The notes: a model not told the origin generated them from the letters alone. Positions 9,662 to 19,511 are shown, counted from the first letter of the stretch. The stretch: DNA of 32,000 nucleotides from Promethearchaeum syntrophicum (GCF_008000775.2 NZ_CP042905.2:2880001-2912000), one strand, 5' to 3'. Numbers and translations are program-made.

Positions 9662-10240
9662 ATGGGAAAATCTAAATACAGTGCGAAAGTTGAGAAAAAA
9701 ATACATTCAAGTGGTCCTAAGAAGAAGAATCGACATGTGTATTATGATGAGAAAATTGCTCAAAAAGGACCTGGAATGTCAAAAAATGTCTTTGTTTTCT
9801 TAATTGGAATGATAATCATCGGATCTGGCACAGGATTTTATTTTATCCTGGCAGGAAACAATATTGGTGATGTAGATGGCGATCCAACATCTACTACTAC
9901 TACTACTACTACTACTACTGCTACTACTTCTACTCCAACTACTGGAAATGTACTTGAAGCAGGTGATAGATTTGTTTGCAATTATAAATTGTGGAAAGCC
10001 GATGTAGCCGGTCCATCAGGATACATAGATACATCTGAACTTCCCATCGAAGATAGTACAAACACTGAACCATTAGATACTACTACTGATAGATTGATTC
10101 CAGGTTTTACGGCAAATATATTGGGAATGGAAGAAGGCGAAGAAATAACTTTTACTTTAGAATCAGGAGAAGGTTATACCAGCGGAGTTAATGCATATTA
10201 CCGGTTAACTTTTTGGGTTCAAATTATCAAAATTTATTAG
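9662..10240 (+). CDS. Membrane-anchored FKBP-type peptidyl-prolyl isomerase-like protein with Thr-rich linker
   Basis: One N-terminal TM (NVFVFLIGMIIIGSGTGFYFILAG), poly-Thr linker, then GDRFVCNYKLW...DRLIPGFTANILGMEEGEEITFTLESGEGYTSG, matching FKBP core pattern (pGf..al.GM..Ge...f...p..gYg). Confidence 0.65.
   Translation: MGKSKYSAKVEKKIHSSGPKKKNRHVYYDEKIAQKGPGMSKNVFVFLIGMIIIGSGTGFYFILAGNNIGDVDGDPTSTTTTTTTTTATTSTPTTGNVLEAGDRFVCNYKLWKADVAGPSGYIDTSELPIEDSTNTEPLDTTTDRLIPGFTANILGMEEGEEITFTLESGEGYTSGVNAYYRLTFWVQIIKIY
9891..9946 (+). repeat. ACT-triplet microsatellite within coding sequence (poly-threonine linker)
   Basis: ctactactactactactactactactactgctactacttctactccaact encoding STTTTTTTTTATTSTPT. 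Confidence 0.9.
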
Positions 10241-10538
10241 CTTATTTTTTCTAAAACACTCCAATTCAATGATATTATTATGTTTGCGATTTAGTTTTCA
10301 ATATAGAATAGTAAATTCTTGTTACCATTAATCTATACACAATCAGAACCGACTTTTATGCATTCCATGATAGGAAAATTTATTTTGGAAAATAAATTTA
10401 AATCCATTTATTTTTCAACCACTTTAATGATTTCTATCTCAATTTTACCCCAACTCCTTTTCTCCTGTGATTTTTTCTTCTAGAATCATTCAAACTTATA
10501 GAAAGAAATTATCTGAATTCATCGAAGTTTAAATAATC

Positions 10539-11261
10539 TTGTATCTGTTTATATCAGATATGACAAGTCCGCAATTCATCAAAGATATTAACAAACATTT
10601 CTTAATCCGTTCATTGCACAATCGCGCCAAAATACATTCCAAATTACTAAGGATGAATTTGAATGAACAAATTCTTATCAATATTAACTTTCTTACTGTT
10701 CCATTTTTCAAATTTGATGCCTACAGGGAACATTACGAATTCATTGAGAAAAAAAATCCCTACCATCCCATTCCCTATTCCTTTAATGACTTTGCCCTTG
10801 CCTACATTGCCGCTGAGAATGGATTCGGTTTAGTTTCTTACGATCACCACCTCCTCACACAGATTACTGCTTATCTCGATTATGATTGTTATTGGCCTCA
10901 AGATATCGATAAAATACCCTCGGATTCGATGGTTCTATTAGATACAAATATATTTGTACATCTGATTGAAATGGAAAATTCCGAACAAAAAACCGAAATT
11001 ATGGCAATGTTTGAGAAAAACCAGTCAATAACGTTTATTCTTACTGATCATATCTTTGAGGAATTATGCTCAGTTTATGAGAAAAAATTCCAGAAACAAG
11101 ATAGCGAAGATGTACGTAAGAAATTTTTAGATGATTTCAATACCTTTGAGTCTACAAACAAATACAGAACTTTATTGAAGAAGATGAAAAAGAAGAGTCA
11201 AGGAAGGTCAGTAAATGTTTGTAGCAGGTATCGAAAATCATATAGATCTCTAAATTCATGA
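10539..11261 (+). CDS. Protein with two PIN-like segments, possibly truncated
   Basis: YSFNDFALAYIAAENGFGLVSYDHHLL resembles a PIN C-terminal part; SMVLLDTNIFVHLIE...LTDHIFEEL resembles a PIN N-terminal part. Confidence 0.5.
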   Translation: MYLFISDMTSPQFIKDINKHFLIRSLHNRAKIHSKLLRMNLNEQILININFLTVPFFKFDAYREHYEFIEKKNPYHPIPYSFNDFALAYIAAENGFGLVSYDHHLLTQITAYLDYDCYWPQDIDKIPSDSMVLLDTNIFVHLIEMENSEQKTEIMAMFEKNQSITFILTDHIFEELCSVYEKKFQKQDSEDVRKKFLDDFNTFESTNKYRTLLKKMKKKSQGRSVNVCSRYRKSYRSLNS

Positions 11262-11643
11262 TTAAATATTGAAAAATACTTCGGAGTTTAAATAAGTTAT
11301 TGAGATGAATAAAGTAAGGAGGTTTGCAAATGAAAGGTCCTTATGAAAATTTTCCTCCAAATTGAGGATTAATCATGTTTTAAAATTCAGACTCGATAGA
11401 TACCTAATAAATGAGTCATTTTTTTTTTTGATTTTTTTATTTATTTCTCCTTTAGTGTGGAAAAAAAATTACCAATATTCTAAACTTTCCTACGTATTAT
11501 ATGATAAATATCCTCTCGCAAAAAGACTAAAAAAAGAATCTAATCTAGTTCAAGGGATTAGATCCAAAAAAACCATTTTAATTTTTTTTTTTGATAGTCA
11601 AGTAAATCTATAAATTTTAAACCAAGCATGCAAAAGGATAATT

Positions 11644-12789
11644 ATGGAACCATCTCCGATAATAAATCTTCCCATGCTCATCCTCCAATCAGAAACTAGC
11701 ATTTTTATAGGGTATATAGGTATTTTTACTTTATTGATAATTTTGGGACTTACTTGGTATCTTCTCTTCCATTCACATAGGAAAAAAATTCAATTGCAAA
11801 TTCCTAATTATCCATTTTTTCAATCAGCGGGTCGAGATTTTAAAAAAATAAATAGTGAGAGGGTAAGAGAATTAAACCAACAACATCTTGATGGATCTTC
11901 TCAATCAGATAAACGAGCCAGACCAATAAATAAGACTTTATTAGAAATGGAATTCCGTGAATTTGTTGATCGATCAATGTTTAGCTATCCCAATCCTCCT
12001 TCAAAGTTTATTTCGGAGATAATTCCATCTGAAATAACATTTGTACCATATCAATTTTATCGATTTAATCTTTGGCAACAGTTTTCCAATAGGACACGGT
12101 CATGGGTATGGGATATGAACTATCCCGATCATTTGTTGGTTAACCATCCCATCCAAAAATGGCAGATAGCTGAAAATCGCCAACGTAGCGAATCTATTGA
12201 TTTAGATAAATTAACTAAAGATATTGAAAAAGAAGGATATAAGTATTCAATTGGTCCTGCTCCACAAATTAAAAAGCTATCGGAGGTGAAAGAAATCATC
12301 CAACTGATCTCAGCGACTAAAAAATCATATAAAGATCAAAATAATCAACGTATTAACAAGATGTGCACTGCTGATGAATCCAACATTAATATTCAGGCCT
12401 CAACCATATTTTGGGGTTCATGGATTAATATGAAAACGAAAATTGGAGAAAAAATATATATTCAATTGCAGTTACATGAAGGGAAAGTATCCAAGGTATT
12501 AAATCATAATAATATTGAAGGGTTACTGGATAAAACTACACTAATTTGTCAAGAGTGTCAAAAAATATGTCTCCCCGCTAAGTATTTTCGAAATCTTGAT
12601 TATTGTTGGGCATGTGGAAAAATATTATGTTCTAATTGTGGTCATTCAGAAGTAAAACTAGGATTATTAAAAACTCACTGGTGCTCTGAATGTTGGTCTC
12701 AAATTACCAATAATGAGAAAGAGAAGAAAAAAAATAAGGATGCAATTATAAAATTAAAGAATGTATTCAAGAAATGGCAAAAATGGTGA
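11644..12789 (+). CDS. N-terminally membrane-anchored protein with C-terminal four-CxxC zinc-finger (FYVE-like/treble-clef-like)
   Basis: TM segment IGYIGIFTLLIILGLTWYLLF near N-terminus; C-terminal CQEC-x15-CWACGKILCSNC-x14-CSEC. Confidence 0.6.
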   Translation: MEPSPIINLPMLILQSETSIFIGYIGIFTLLIILGLTWYLLFHSHRKKIQLQIPNYPFFQSAGRDFKKINSERVRELNQQHLDGSSQSDKRARPINKTLLEMEFREFVDRSMFSYPNPPSKFISEIIPSEITFVPYQFYRFNLWQQFSNRTRSWVWDMNYPDHLLVNHPIQKWQIAENRQRSESIDLDKLTKDIEKEGYKYSIGPAPQIKKLSEVKEIIQLISATKKSYKDQNNQRINKMCTADESNINIQASTIFWGSWINMKTKIGEKIYIQLQLHEGKVSKVLNHNNIEGLLDKTTLICQECQKICLPAKYFRNLDYCWACGKILCSNCGHSEVKLGLLKTHWCSECWSQITNNEKEKKKNKDAIIKLKNVFKKWQKW

Positions 12790-13141
12790 TATTAACATGA
12801 GGGGTTTTGTTTCATTTTTTTCATTCATCGTAAATTATTAGGAAAAAATCCCGTGAATAAGATTTTCAAGTGTAATATTTAGAAATTTGCATAGTTTTTC
12901 CCTGATTAAATTTATATTATTTTTTAAAAAATGGTTGATTAATTATTTTTTATACACACATATTAAACACATTTTTATCTGATCATTTCGAAATATTTTT
13001 TAACAACTCCCTTTCATCTACGAAAATCATCTTGGATTAAGTAACTACATGCTAATAATTGGCCCAAACATTTTTAATATATACACACTAATTATACATA
13101 TTAACACATAAAAAAAATTTTATATTGTGGTGGATTAAAAA

Positions 13142-14452
13142 ATGTTTACTAAAGCAAAAAAAACTTATAAGGAATTCCCTGACACGTTTTGGGTTATTAC
13201 TCTCGGCTCATTTATTGATCAAATAGGTGGTTTTATGTTAATGCCATTTATCTCATTTTACATGACAAGCACTTTTGGTATCGGAATGATTGAAGCGGGT
13301 ATTGTTTTTTTGATTGTAGGCCTTGGAAGCTTAGTTGGAGGGATCATTGGAGGGGCTTTAACTGATAAATTCGGCAGAAAAAGCATGGCTTTATATGGTT
13401 TATTAATGAGCGGATTATTTTCATTAATTTTGATATTCATTAATAATTTAACTACTCTTTATATTGTAGTGGGATTAATGGGTTTAGTGGGGTCCTTGGG
13501 CGGTCCAGCACGAGGAGCAATGATTGCTGATGTGCTTCCTCCAGAACAAAGGGCTGAAGGTTATGGCATTTTACGGGTTGCAATAAATCTATCTGCAACT
13601 ATAGGCCCCGCTCTTGGGGGATTTTTACTTGGGCAAGGATTTATGTGGATTTTTATTGGAGATGCTGTCACAAGTGCGATCACTGCAGTAATATTCTACA
13701 TCAAAGTTCCAGAAACAAAACCTATAAAAAAAATTGAAGACACTGATATCCCAGCTAAACCAGAAACAGTTGGGCAATCTATGGGAGGATATAAAGATGT
13801 CTTTAAAGATTGGAAGTTCATGTTTTTCATTGGGATCAGTATGATAATGACTCTGGTGTATATGAATATGAACTTTACTTTACCGGTATTCTTAATTGAT
13901 GATTTATCATTTTCTCCTCAAATTTATGGATGGTTAATCTCTATGAATGCATTCATGGTTGTAGTTCTTCAATTTTATATTACGCGAAAGGTGAAAAAAT
14001 TCCCTGCTTTAATCGTGATCGCAATCGGTAACTTGCTATATGGGATTGGATTTGCAATGTATGGATTCATTTCCTCTCTTGCTTTTGTATTTATTGCTAT
14101 GATAATTATTACCATTGGAGAAATGATTATCGCTCCATTTTCAGAAGCGATTGCTGCAACTTTTGCACCCGAGGATAAACGAGGGAGATATTTGGCAGTG
14201 TATGGGTGGTCTGGATTATTCCCAATGATGCTTGGAAACATTGCTTTTGGAGCGGTCATGGATAAATTAGACTCAATTTGGGTATGGTATATATGTGGTA
14301 TTCTCTCAATTTTTGCAGTTGGAGGATATTTATTACTAAATAAGCTAGCCAAAGGTCGATTCAACGAAGGCTCTAGTACTGATGTGGAAGAGGTTGATGA
14401 AACTGAGGTTTTAAGTGAAAGTGGTTCTCAAATTCTGAAAAAAGCAATTTAG
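13142..14452 (+). CDS. MFS transporter
   Basis: 436 aa, 12-TM pattern, GGALTDKFGRKSMALYG loop motif and second DKRGRYLAVYGW motif. Confidence 0.9.
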   Translation: MFTKAKKTYKEFPDTFWVITLGSFIDQIGGFMLMPFISFYMTSTFGIGMIEAGIVFLIVGLGSLVGGIIGGALTDKFGRKSMALYGLLMSGLFSLILIFINNLTTLYIVVGLMGLVGSLGGPARGAMIADVLPPEQRAEGYGILRVAINLSATIGPALGGFLLGQGFMWIFIGDAVTSAITAVIFYIKVPETKPIKKIEDTDIPAKPETVGQSMGGYKDVFKDWKFMFFIGISMIMTLVYMNMNFTLPVFLIDDLSFSPQIYGWLISMNAFMVVVLQFYITRKVKKFPALIVIAIGNLLYGIGFAMYGFISSLAFVFIAMIIITIGEMIIAPFSEAIAATFAPEDKRGRYLAVYGWSGLFPMMLGNIAFGAVMDKLDSIWVWYICGILSIFAVGGYLLLNKLAKGRFNEGSSTDVEEVDETEVLSESGSQILKKAI

Positions 14453-14606
14453 AACATTCTGTTAAAGCAGAAATGAGGATATAATTAACCATTGATAGCC
14501 CTTTTTTTCTTATCTTTTTGCGGTTGATAACATAGACATCTTTTAAGATTGTTCACACATCAAATTTCATTTCTATACATAATTTTTAATTGTCGGTATT
14601 TATTTT

Positions 14607-15149
14607 GTGTATAATATGGGAATTTGGAAAGGAAAAAAAAAACAACAAAAAGGGATCGTAACTCAACGATGTCCTAAATGTTTGAAAGCAAATTTAAGAT
14701 ATGCTTCTGGTATTAGTGGATTATATTCTCCGGCTAAGATTGTGTGCCCTGATTGTGGGTATAAAGGATCCATTTATGTTGATGTAACCGCTGAAGATGA
14801 AAAAGAAGACCTTCAATTAGAAATGTTACGAAAAGAATTCCCAGATTTAGTTGAAGAACAGAAATCTGCTTATGAATTAGCGAAAATCACATTGAAAGAT
14901 AAATGGCATCCGAATCAAGAAACCAATCATAATATTTTAAGAGCCTGGTGCCCTTTTTGTGCCGATGTTAATGTGGTATGTTCAATATGTAAATGTCCGC
15001 CTGAAATATGTTCAAAACATGCAACGGAAGGATTAATTGGTCAATTAAATGACATGTACGATGATGAAATCGAGTTATGCGATGTAGATCCTACTATTTA
15101 CAAGCAAATTATCCAACTATTCCAAAATATCATTAAGGAAAAGTCTTGA
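14607..15149 (+). CDS. Cysteine-rich (zinc ribbon-type) protein of unknown function
   Basis: CPKC-x24-CPDC zinc-ribbon plus second cluster CPFC-x6-CSICKCPPEICSKH; encoded between MFS and GNAT genes. Confidence 0.55.
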   Translation: MYNMGIWKGKKKQQKGIVTQRCPKCLKANLRYASGISGLYSPAKIVCPDCGYKGSIYVDVTAEDEKEDLQLEMLRKEFPDLVEEQKSAYELAKITLKDKWHPNQETNHNILRAWCPFCADVNVVCSICKCPPEICSKHATEGLIGQLNDMYDDEIELCDVDPTIYKQIIQLFQNIIKEKS

Positions 15150-15237
15150 AAAATTGTTAGATTTCTGTGGTCAATTTCAATAATTATTATGAGAGGACCC
15201 CATTTCATTTTTATTTGTAATTAATTTAAGAGGGAAT

Positions 15238-15861
15238 ATGAAGAAAAATTCCTTAGAACTTCCAATAATTGAAGAATTATATCAAATAACTCCCGAGGAT
15301 TTCACTCCTGCTAGGATCATGTTAGGAAATGCATTCCGAAAAGACCCAATTTGGAGTGAAATTATGAAAAACCGTGAAGATAAATTCCCTATAATTTTTG
15401 GTGTTCCTCTAAAATATACTTTAAAATATGGAAAAATATATGCCCCTACATCTGATATTGAGGCGACTGCGTTATGGTTGGGCACTCCTTTTGTCGATAT
15501 GAATATATGGCGAGTAATTCGGAGTGGTTCAATAACAATGTCAATGAAATTAGGATCAAAAATTGCTAAACTAATGATGAAAATCTTTGATCAAATCGCA
15601 AAAGATAGAAAGAATTTCATGAAAGGAGAATATGTATATTTAATTGCATTAGGAGTTTCCCCAGAAAAACAAGGACAAGGATTCGGAAGTCATCTTGTCA
15701 GAACAATGCAAAATAATCTACCACCTAAAGTCCCTATTTACTTAGAAACAGAATCTGAACGAAATGTGAGATTTTATGAACAATTAGGGTTTGAAGTAAT
15801 AAATAAATTACAGGTTCCCATTTTTGATCTGCCAATGTGGGAGATGATTTATCAACCTTAA
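15238..15861 (+). CDS. GNAT family N-acetyltransferase
   Basis: YLIALGVSPEKQGQGFGSHLVRTMQ...PIYLETESERNVRFYEQLGFEVI is a textbook GNAT motif A/B. Confidence 0.92.
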   Translation: MKKNSLELPIIEELYQITPEDFTPARIMLGNAFRKDPIWSEIMKNREDKFPIIFGVPLKYTLKYGKIYAPTSDIEATALWLGTPFVDMNIWRVIRSGSITMSMKLGSKIAKLMMKIFDQIAKDRKNFMKGEYVYLIALGVSPEKQGQGFGSHLVRTMQNNLPPKVPIYLETESERNVRFYEQLGFEVINKLQVPIFDLPMWEMIYQP

Positions 15862-16011
15862 AAGAGTATAGAGAATTTACCCTACAGATCCTTTCTTATT
15901 GTTTTTTGAACCAAATTAATCAATCTCTGGTTAATATATTTCACCCGTGTATTACAAAATTTTCATAACTGAAACATTTAAGAATTAGTAATCAAAAATT
16001 ACAATGATTTT

Positions 16012-16911
16012 ATGAAAGTAATTTACAAAACTTATGAACCAAATAGCGGATTTGAAGAGTTTCAAGCCCAAATTTACAACGATCATCTTAGAAGAAACCC
16101 ACAAACCTCTTTTACACCAGTTACAGCAGCCAAAATCAAGGAACGGTTTGCATTTGAAAAAAAAGGTCCAAAATTAATTCGATATGCATTTCGAGAAGAT
16201 GGAACCCCGCTTGCGTATATTCAAGCATCCATTGACGGGAAAACAACCTGGATTGGATATCCCTGGGCTTTTGAAGATTGCCCAAAAGAAACCCAAGAAA
16301 GATTATATCAAGAATTATTCGATTATGCAACAGAGAAATATCCCGAAAACAAAATAGTAATTGGGTATTTTTCTAAATCATGGGATGAACAGATACAATT
16401 TGTGTTAGATAAAGGATATATCCTAAAAGATACCGCATATTTTTACACATTAGATCCCGATAACGTTAAATTAAAGATTCCTGAAGGGTATTCATCCAAG
16501 ATAGGAACAATCGATGATCTAAAGGCTGTTTTAGAGCTAAGTAAAGCAGACTCTGATCTACGAAATGCTTTTCCTTCAGATGAAGCTCGCGAACACTATT
16601 TCAAAAATCGCGTTTTAGCGGATGGAAACTTAATTTTAGTCTACAAAGATAATATTTTGGTCGCAGCTACTGCACCCTTACGAGGGTTTTATGTAGGATA
16701 TATGTTCCGATTTACCGCAATACGACCGGGATTTGAAGAAGCATGGAAAATATTGGCCGTCAAAATTGCAAAACATTGCAAGGAAATTGGTTGGACCGAA
16801 AAAATTATGATTACTTCCTTTGAAAAATGGGATATTATTAAACCCCAGATTAAAAAATTGAAAGCAGAATTAATTGATACCCAAGTACAATATAAATTAG
16901 AGAAAACTTAA
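16012..16911 (+). CDS. GNAT-like N-acetyltransferase, probably two-domain
   Basis: IGYPWAFEDCPKETQERLYQELFDYATEKYPENKIVIGYF...EQIQFVLDKGYILKDTAYFYTL and second half with R.GF....AWKILAVKIAKHCKEIGWTEKIMI. Confidence 0.7.
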   Translation: MKVIYKTYEPNSGFEEFQAQIYNDHLRRNPQTSFTPVTAAKIKERFAFEKKGPKLIRYAFREDGTPLAYIQASIDGKTTWIGYPWAFEDCPKETQERLYQELFDYATEKYPENKIVIGYFSKSWDEQIQFVLDKGYILKDTAYFYTLDPDNVKLKIPEGYSSKIGTIDDLKAVLELSKADSDLRNAFPSDEAREHYFKNRVLADGNLILVYKDNILVAATAPLRGFYVGYMFRFTAIRPGFEEAWKILAVKIAKHCKEIGWTEKIMITSFEKWDIIKPQIKKLKAELIDTQVQYKLEKT

Positions 16912-16998
16912 GATTTTCAAATTATCCCATTGTTGTTATATATATGGTTTTTTTGAAATGTTTTTTAGATGAAAAAACAGAATAATGAACTAGAATTT

Positions 16999-17622
16999 TT
17001 AGTATGAATTTCTCAAATGTAAGGTTTGGTTTAAGTATGAAATTGTTTTATCCCCCCAATTATTGATCCGGAGTCTACTAACGCTGCATGGATCAATATC
17101 ATAAGAAATGTGATTTATTTTCTCAAAATCCAATTTTAACCACCAATGAATAATAGCACATATCGCATTTCCATGACTTACAATTATTATTCGTGCCTCG
17201 TCTTTTAGATTAACTTCTTCCATGAATTGAGATATCCGATTGTATAACATTCGCCAGCTTTCTCCATTTGGATATGGAATCCAATCCAATAAAGGTTCTG
17301 TTGGAGAGATATATATTTCTTTTGCTTCTTTTTGGGTTAGATTCTTAGCATCCCCATTTGATAACTCGCGTAATTCTTTTATAATTTTTAGTGTTTTATC
17401 CAAATCAGAATTTATTATATTAGAAGTTTCTAAAGCTCGCGCTAAATCACTAGAATAGAGTGTTATAAAATCTGCGGCTAATGTGGAGTACAGGAATTTT
17501 GCAGTTTTTTGGGCTTGAATTCGACCTTTCGGTGTTAAATGAACATTAGACCATCCACCAGTAAGATTCTTTATCATATGATCCGCTTCTCCGTGGCGAA
17601 CTAATATTATTTCACTCAACAT
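16999..17622 (-). CDS. Histidine phosphatase family protein (phosphoglycerate mutase-like)
   Basis: LVRHGEADHM, LTPKGRIQAQKTAKFL, LYSSDLARALETSNII, RIIIVSHGNAICAI. Confidence 0.9.
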   Translation of the reverse strand: MLSEIILVRHGEADHMIKNLTGGWSNVHLTPKGRIQAQKTAKFLYSTLAADFITLYSSDLARALETSNIINSDLDKTLKIIKELRELSNGDAKNLTQKEAKEIYISPTEPLLDWIPYPNGESWRMLYNRISQFMEEVNLKDEARIIIVSHGNAICAIIHWWLKLDFEKINHISYDIDPCSVSRLRINNWGDKTISYLNQTLHLRNSY

Positions 17623-17777
17623 TATTAAAACATAGATTTGAATTTAATATATAATTTTTGAAACTGTTTGAATACAATAATGATATTTTATCTAAATTTA
17701 TGTTAAGAAAAGATATAGTAATGCACAAAAGAACTTACTAATTGAGGAGAACGATATTCAAAGAAATAGTGCTATAA

Positions 17778-18773
17778 GTGAAAAGATTAATATCATTAAT
17801 TGTGAAAACTTATTATCATATTTTGCCTAATGATCCCCACTTATTTATAAAGAAAACTACTTCCCGCGCTCTTCAAATTCAATTTGAAGCATTTACTAAC
17901 CAAAATTCTACAAATCAAAAATGTTATTTAGATCAACTCTGGAATCTTCCTACACCCCTTAAAATTCTTCGATCGCAGCATAAAGATGGATATTGGAGTT
18001 ATCGCGGAAAAAGAACCAGCTCAATCGATTATGATTTATTAGAAACCTATAAAGTACTCCGTGATTTGATTGAGAAATATATGTTTAACAAAAAACACTC
18101 AGCTATTGAACTTGCTTCAAATTTCTTATTTAGTAAACAATCAGATCTTGGAGATTTTCGAGGAATTTATGGAACACAATTTTCTCCCAATTATACTGGC
18201 GCAATTCTCGAATTACTGATCAAGGCAGGATATGCACAACGCCCTGAAGTGGAAAAAGGATTACAATGGTTACTCAATTACCGTACTGATGATGGGGGTT
18301 GGGCAATTGCCATGCGCACCCAAGAAATGAAATGGGATGATTATATTCAAACTGATCCTATTATTGAACTAAATCGCTCCAAACCGTTTTCCCATACAAT
18401 TACAGGAATGACAATGCGAGCATTTGCAATGCATCCAAAATATAACAGCAACCCTTTGGTTCATGCAATTGGCGAACTGCTTATTTCTCGAATATTCAAA
18501 CCAGATGTATATTCAGATAGACGTTCCAAAGCATACTGGACCAAATTTACATGGCCGTTCTGGTTTTCAGATTTGATGAGCGTGCTAGATTCATTATCGC
18601 GATTAAATTTTGATCCTTCTTCCTCTCAAATTAAAAAAGGATTTGATTGGTTTAGTACAAATCAAAACTCTGATGGAGGTTGGACATTTCAAATTCTCCG
18701 TAATAAAGATAAACAAACCTGTTTTTGGTTAGCTTTTGAGCTGTGTAGGATTTTAAAAAGATTTTATCATTAA
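17778..18773 (+). CDS. Prenyltransferase/squalene-oxidase repeat (terpenoid-cyclase-like alpha/alpha toroid) protein
   Basis: Repeats: LRSQHKDGYWSYRG, VEKGLQWLLNYRTDDGGWAIA, IKKGFDWFSTNQNSDGGWTF. Confidence 0.75.
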   Translation: MKRLISLIVKTYYHILPNDPHLFIKKTTSRALQIQFEAFTNQNSTNQKCYLDQLWNLPTPLKILRSQHKDGYWSYRGKRTSSIDYDLLETYKVLRDLIEKYMFNKKHSAIELASNFLFSKQSDLGDFRGIYGTQFSPNYTGAILELLIKAGYAQRPEVEKGLQWLLNYRTDDGGWAIAMRTQEMKWDDYIQTDPIIELNRSKPFSHTITGMTMRAFAMHPKYNSNPLVHAIGELLISRIFKPDVYSDRRSKAYWTKFTWPFWFSDLMSVLDSLSRLNFDPSSSQIKKGFDWFSTNQNSDGGWTFQILRNKDKQTCFWLAFELCRILKRFYH

Positions 18774-18837
18774 AACTAGATGAAAATACTATTTAATAAT
18801 TTACCCCAGAAAATAAAGGATATAAGAAAAGATTGAA

Positions 18838-18909
18838 TGGACCCAGAGGGAATTGAACCCTCGACCTCTTGCATGCCAAGCAAGCGATATACCGCTAATC
18901 CATGGGCCC
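18838..18909 (-). tRNA. tRNA-Ala (anticodon GGC)
   Basis: Reverse strand GGGCCCA TG GATTAGCGGTATATC G CTTGC TTGGCAT GCAAG AGGTC GAGGG TTCAATT CCCTC TGGGTCC A; complete 7-bp acceptor including G3:U70, perfect anticodon and T stems; no encoded CCA. Confidence 0.95.
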
Positions 18910-19511
18910 TTTCAATAGTTTTTAATATTTTACTTAAGTATTAGAATTCACTTTAATTATAAAACACACATAAAACCACCAAATGCTTGATTGTGTGCTA
19001 GATTGCAGAGATTCTAAGTACTTCTATCCCAATAAAAGGTGCAAATATTAAAAATTTTTTCATTATTCATTAGTTCTAAATTTTTATGCGAAATTAAAAA
19101 ATGAAAAAGTTTCAAGTAATTCTGGAATTTAATGATTATTTTTTCTCTATCAAAGTTGATCTGATTTTATAGGATTTGTTCAGTGATTTCACGATATTTC
19201 AGAACCATATTTAATCTATAAAAAAATAAATTAGTAATTGTTGGAGATTGGGTTCGATTCCCCTCGAGAGCGGTCATTAACTAAGAAAGATCAAGATTAG
19301 GTCCCTGTAATTGATTAAATTAATGAAAAAGATCAAGTTATTTTTCGAGGATCTTTATCATCACTAAATATTTCATTAAAAGTATGTAATATTTCCTTTT
19401 CCTAATATCTTGCATGTGTTCCAATTTTCACTACTATTTACCTTTACATGACGAGAAAAAACATAGAAAAAATTAGTTGAATTAGTAAAAGACCAAAATT
19501 CATTTCATATA

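Noticed and set aside
9891-9946. ACT run considered as a CRISPR-like or regulatory repeat
   Set aside because: Simple in-frame triplet microsatellite encoding threonine; no spacers.
10539-11261. Classical VapBC toxin-antitoxin locus
   Set aside because: PIN-like signature is present but no small antitoxin ORF is adjacent and the domain order is abnormal.
11362-11613. 83-aa plus-strand ORF
   Set aside because: Begins in AT-rich intergenic DNA, dominated by Phe/Ile/Lys from homopolymer runs; no family resemblance.
13975-14364. 129-aa minus-strand ORF opposite the MFS transporter
   Set aside because: Antisense shadow ORF; the plus-strand MFS reading has clear family motifs.
17623-19511. Possible mobile element around the tRNA-Ala gene
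   Set aside because: No integrase, transposase or flanking direct repeats seen; the only trace is the tRNA-like 3' fragment, reported separately.
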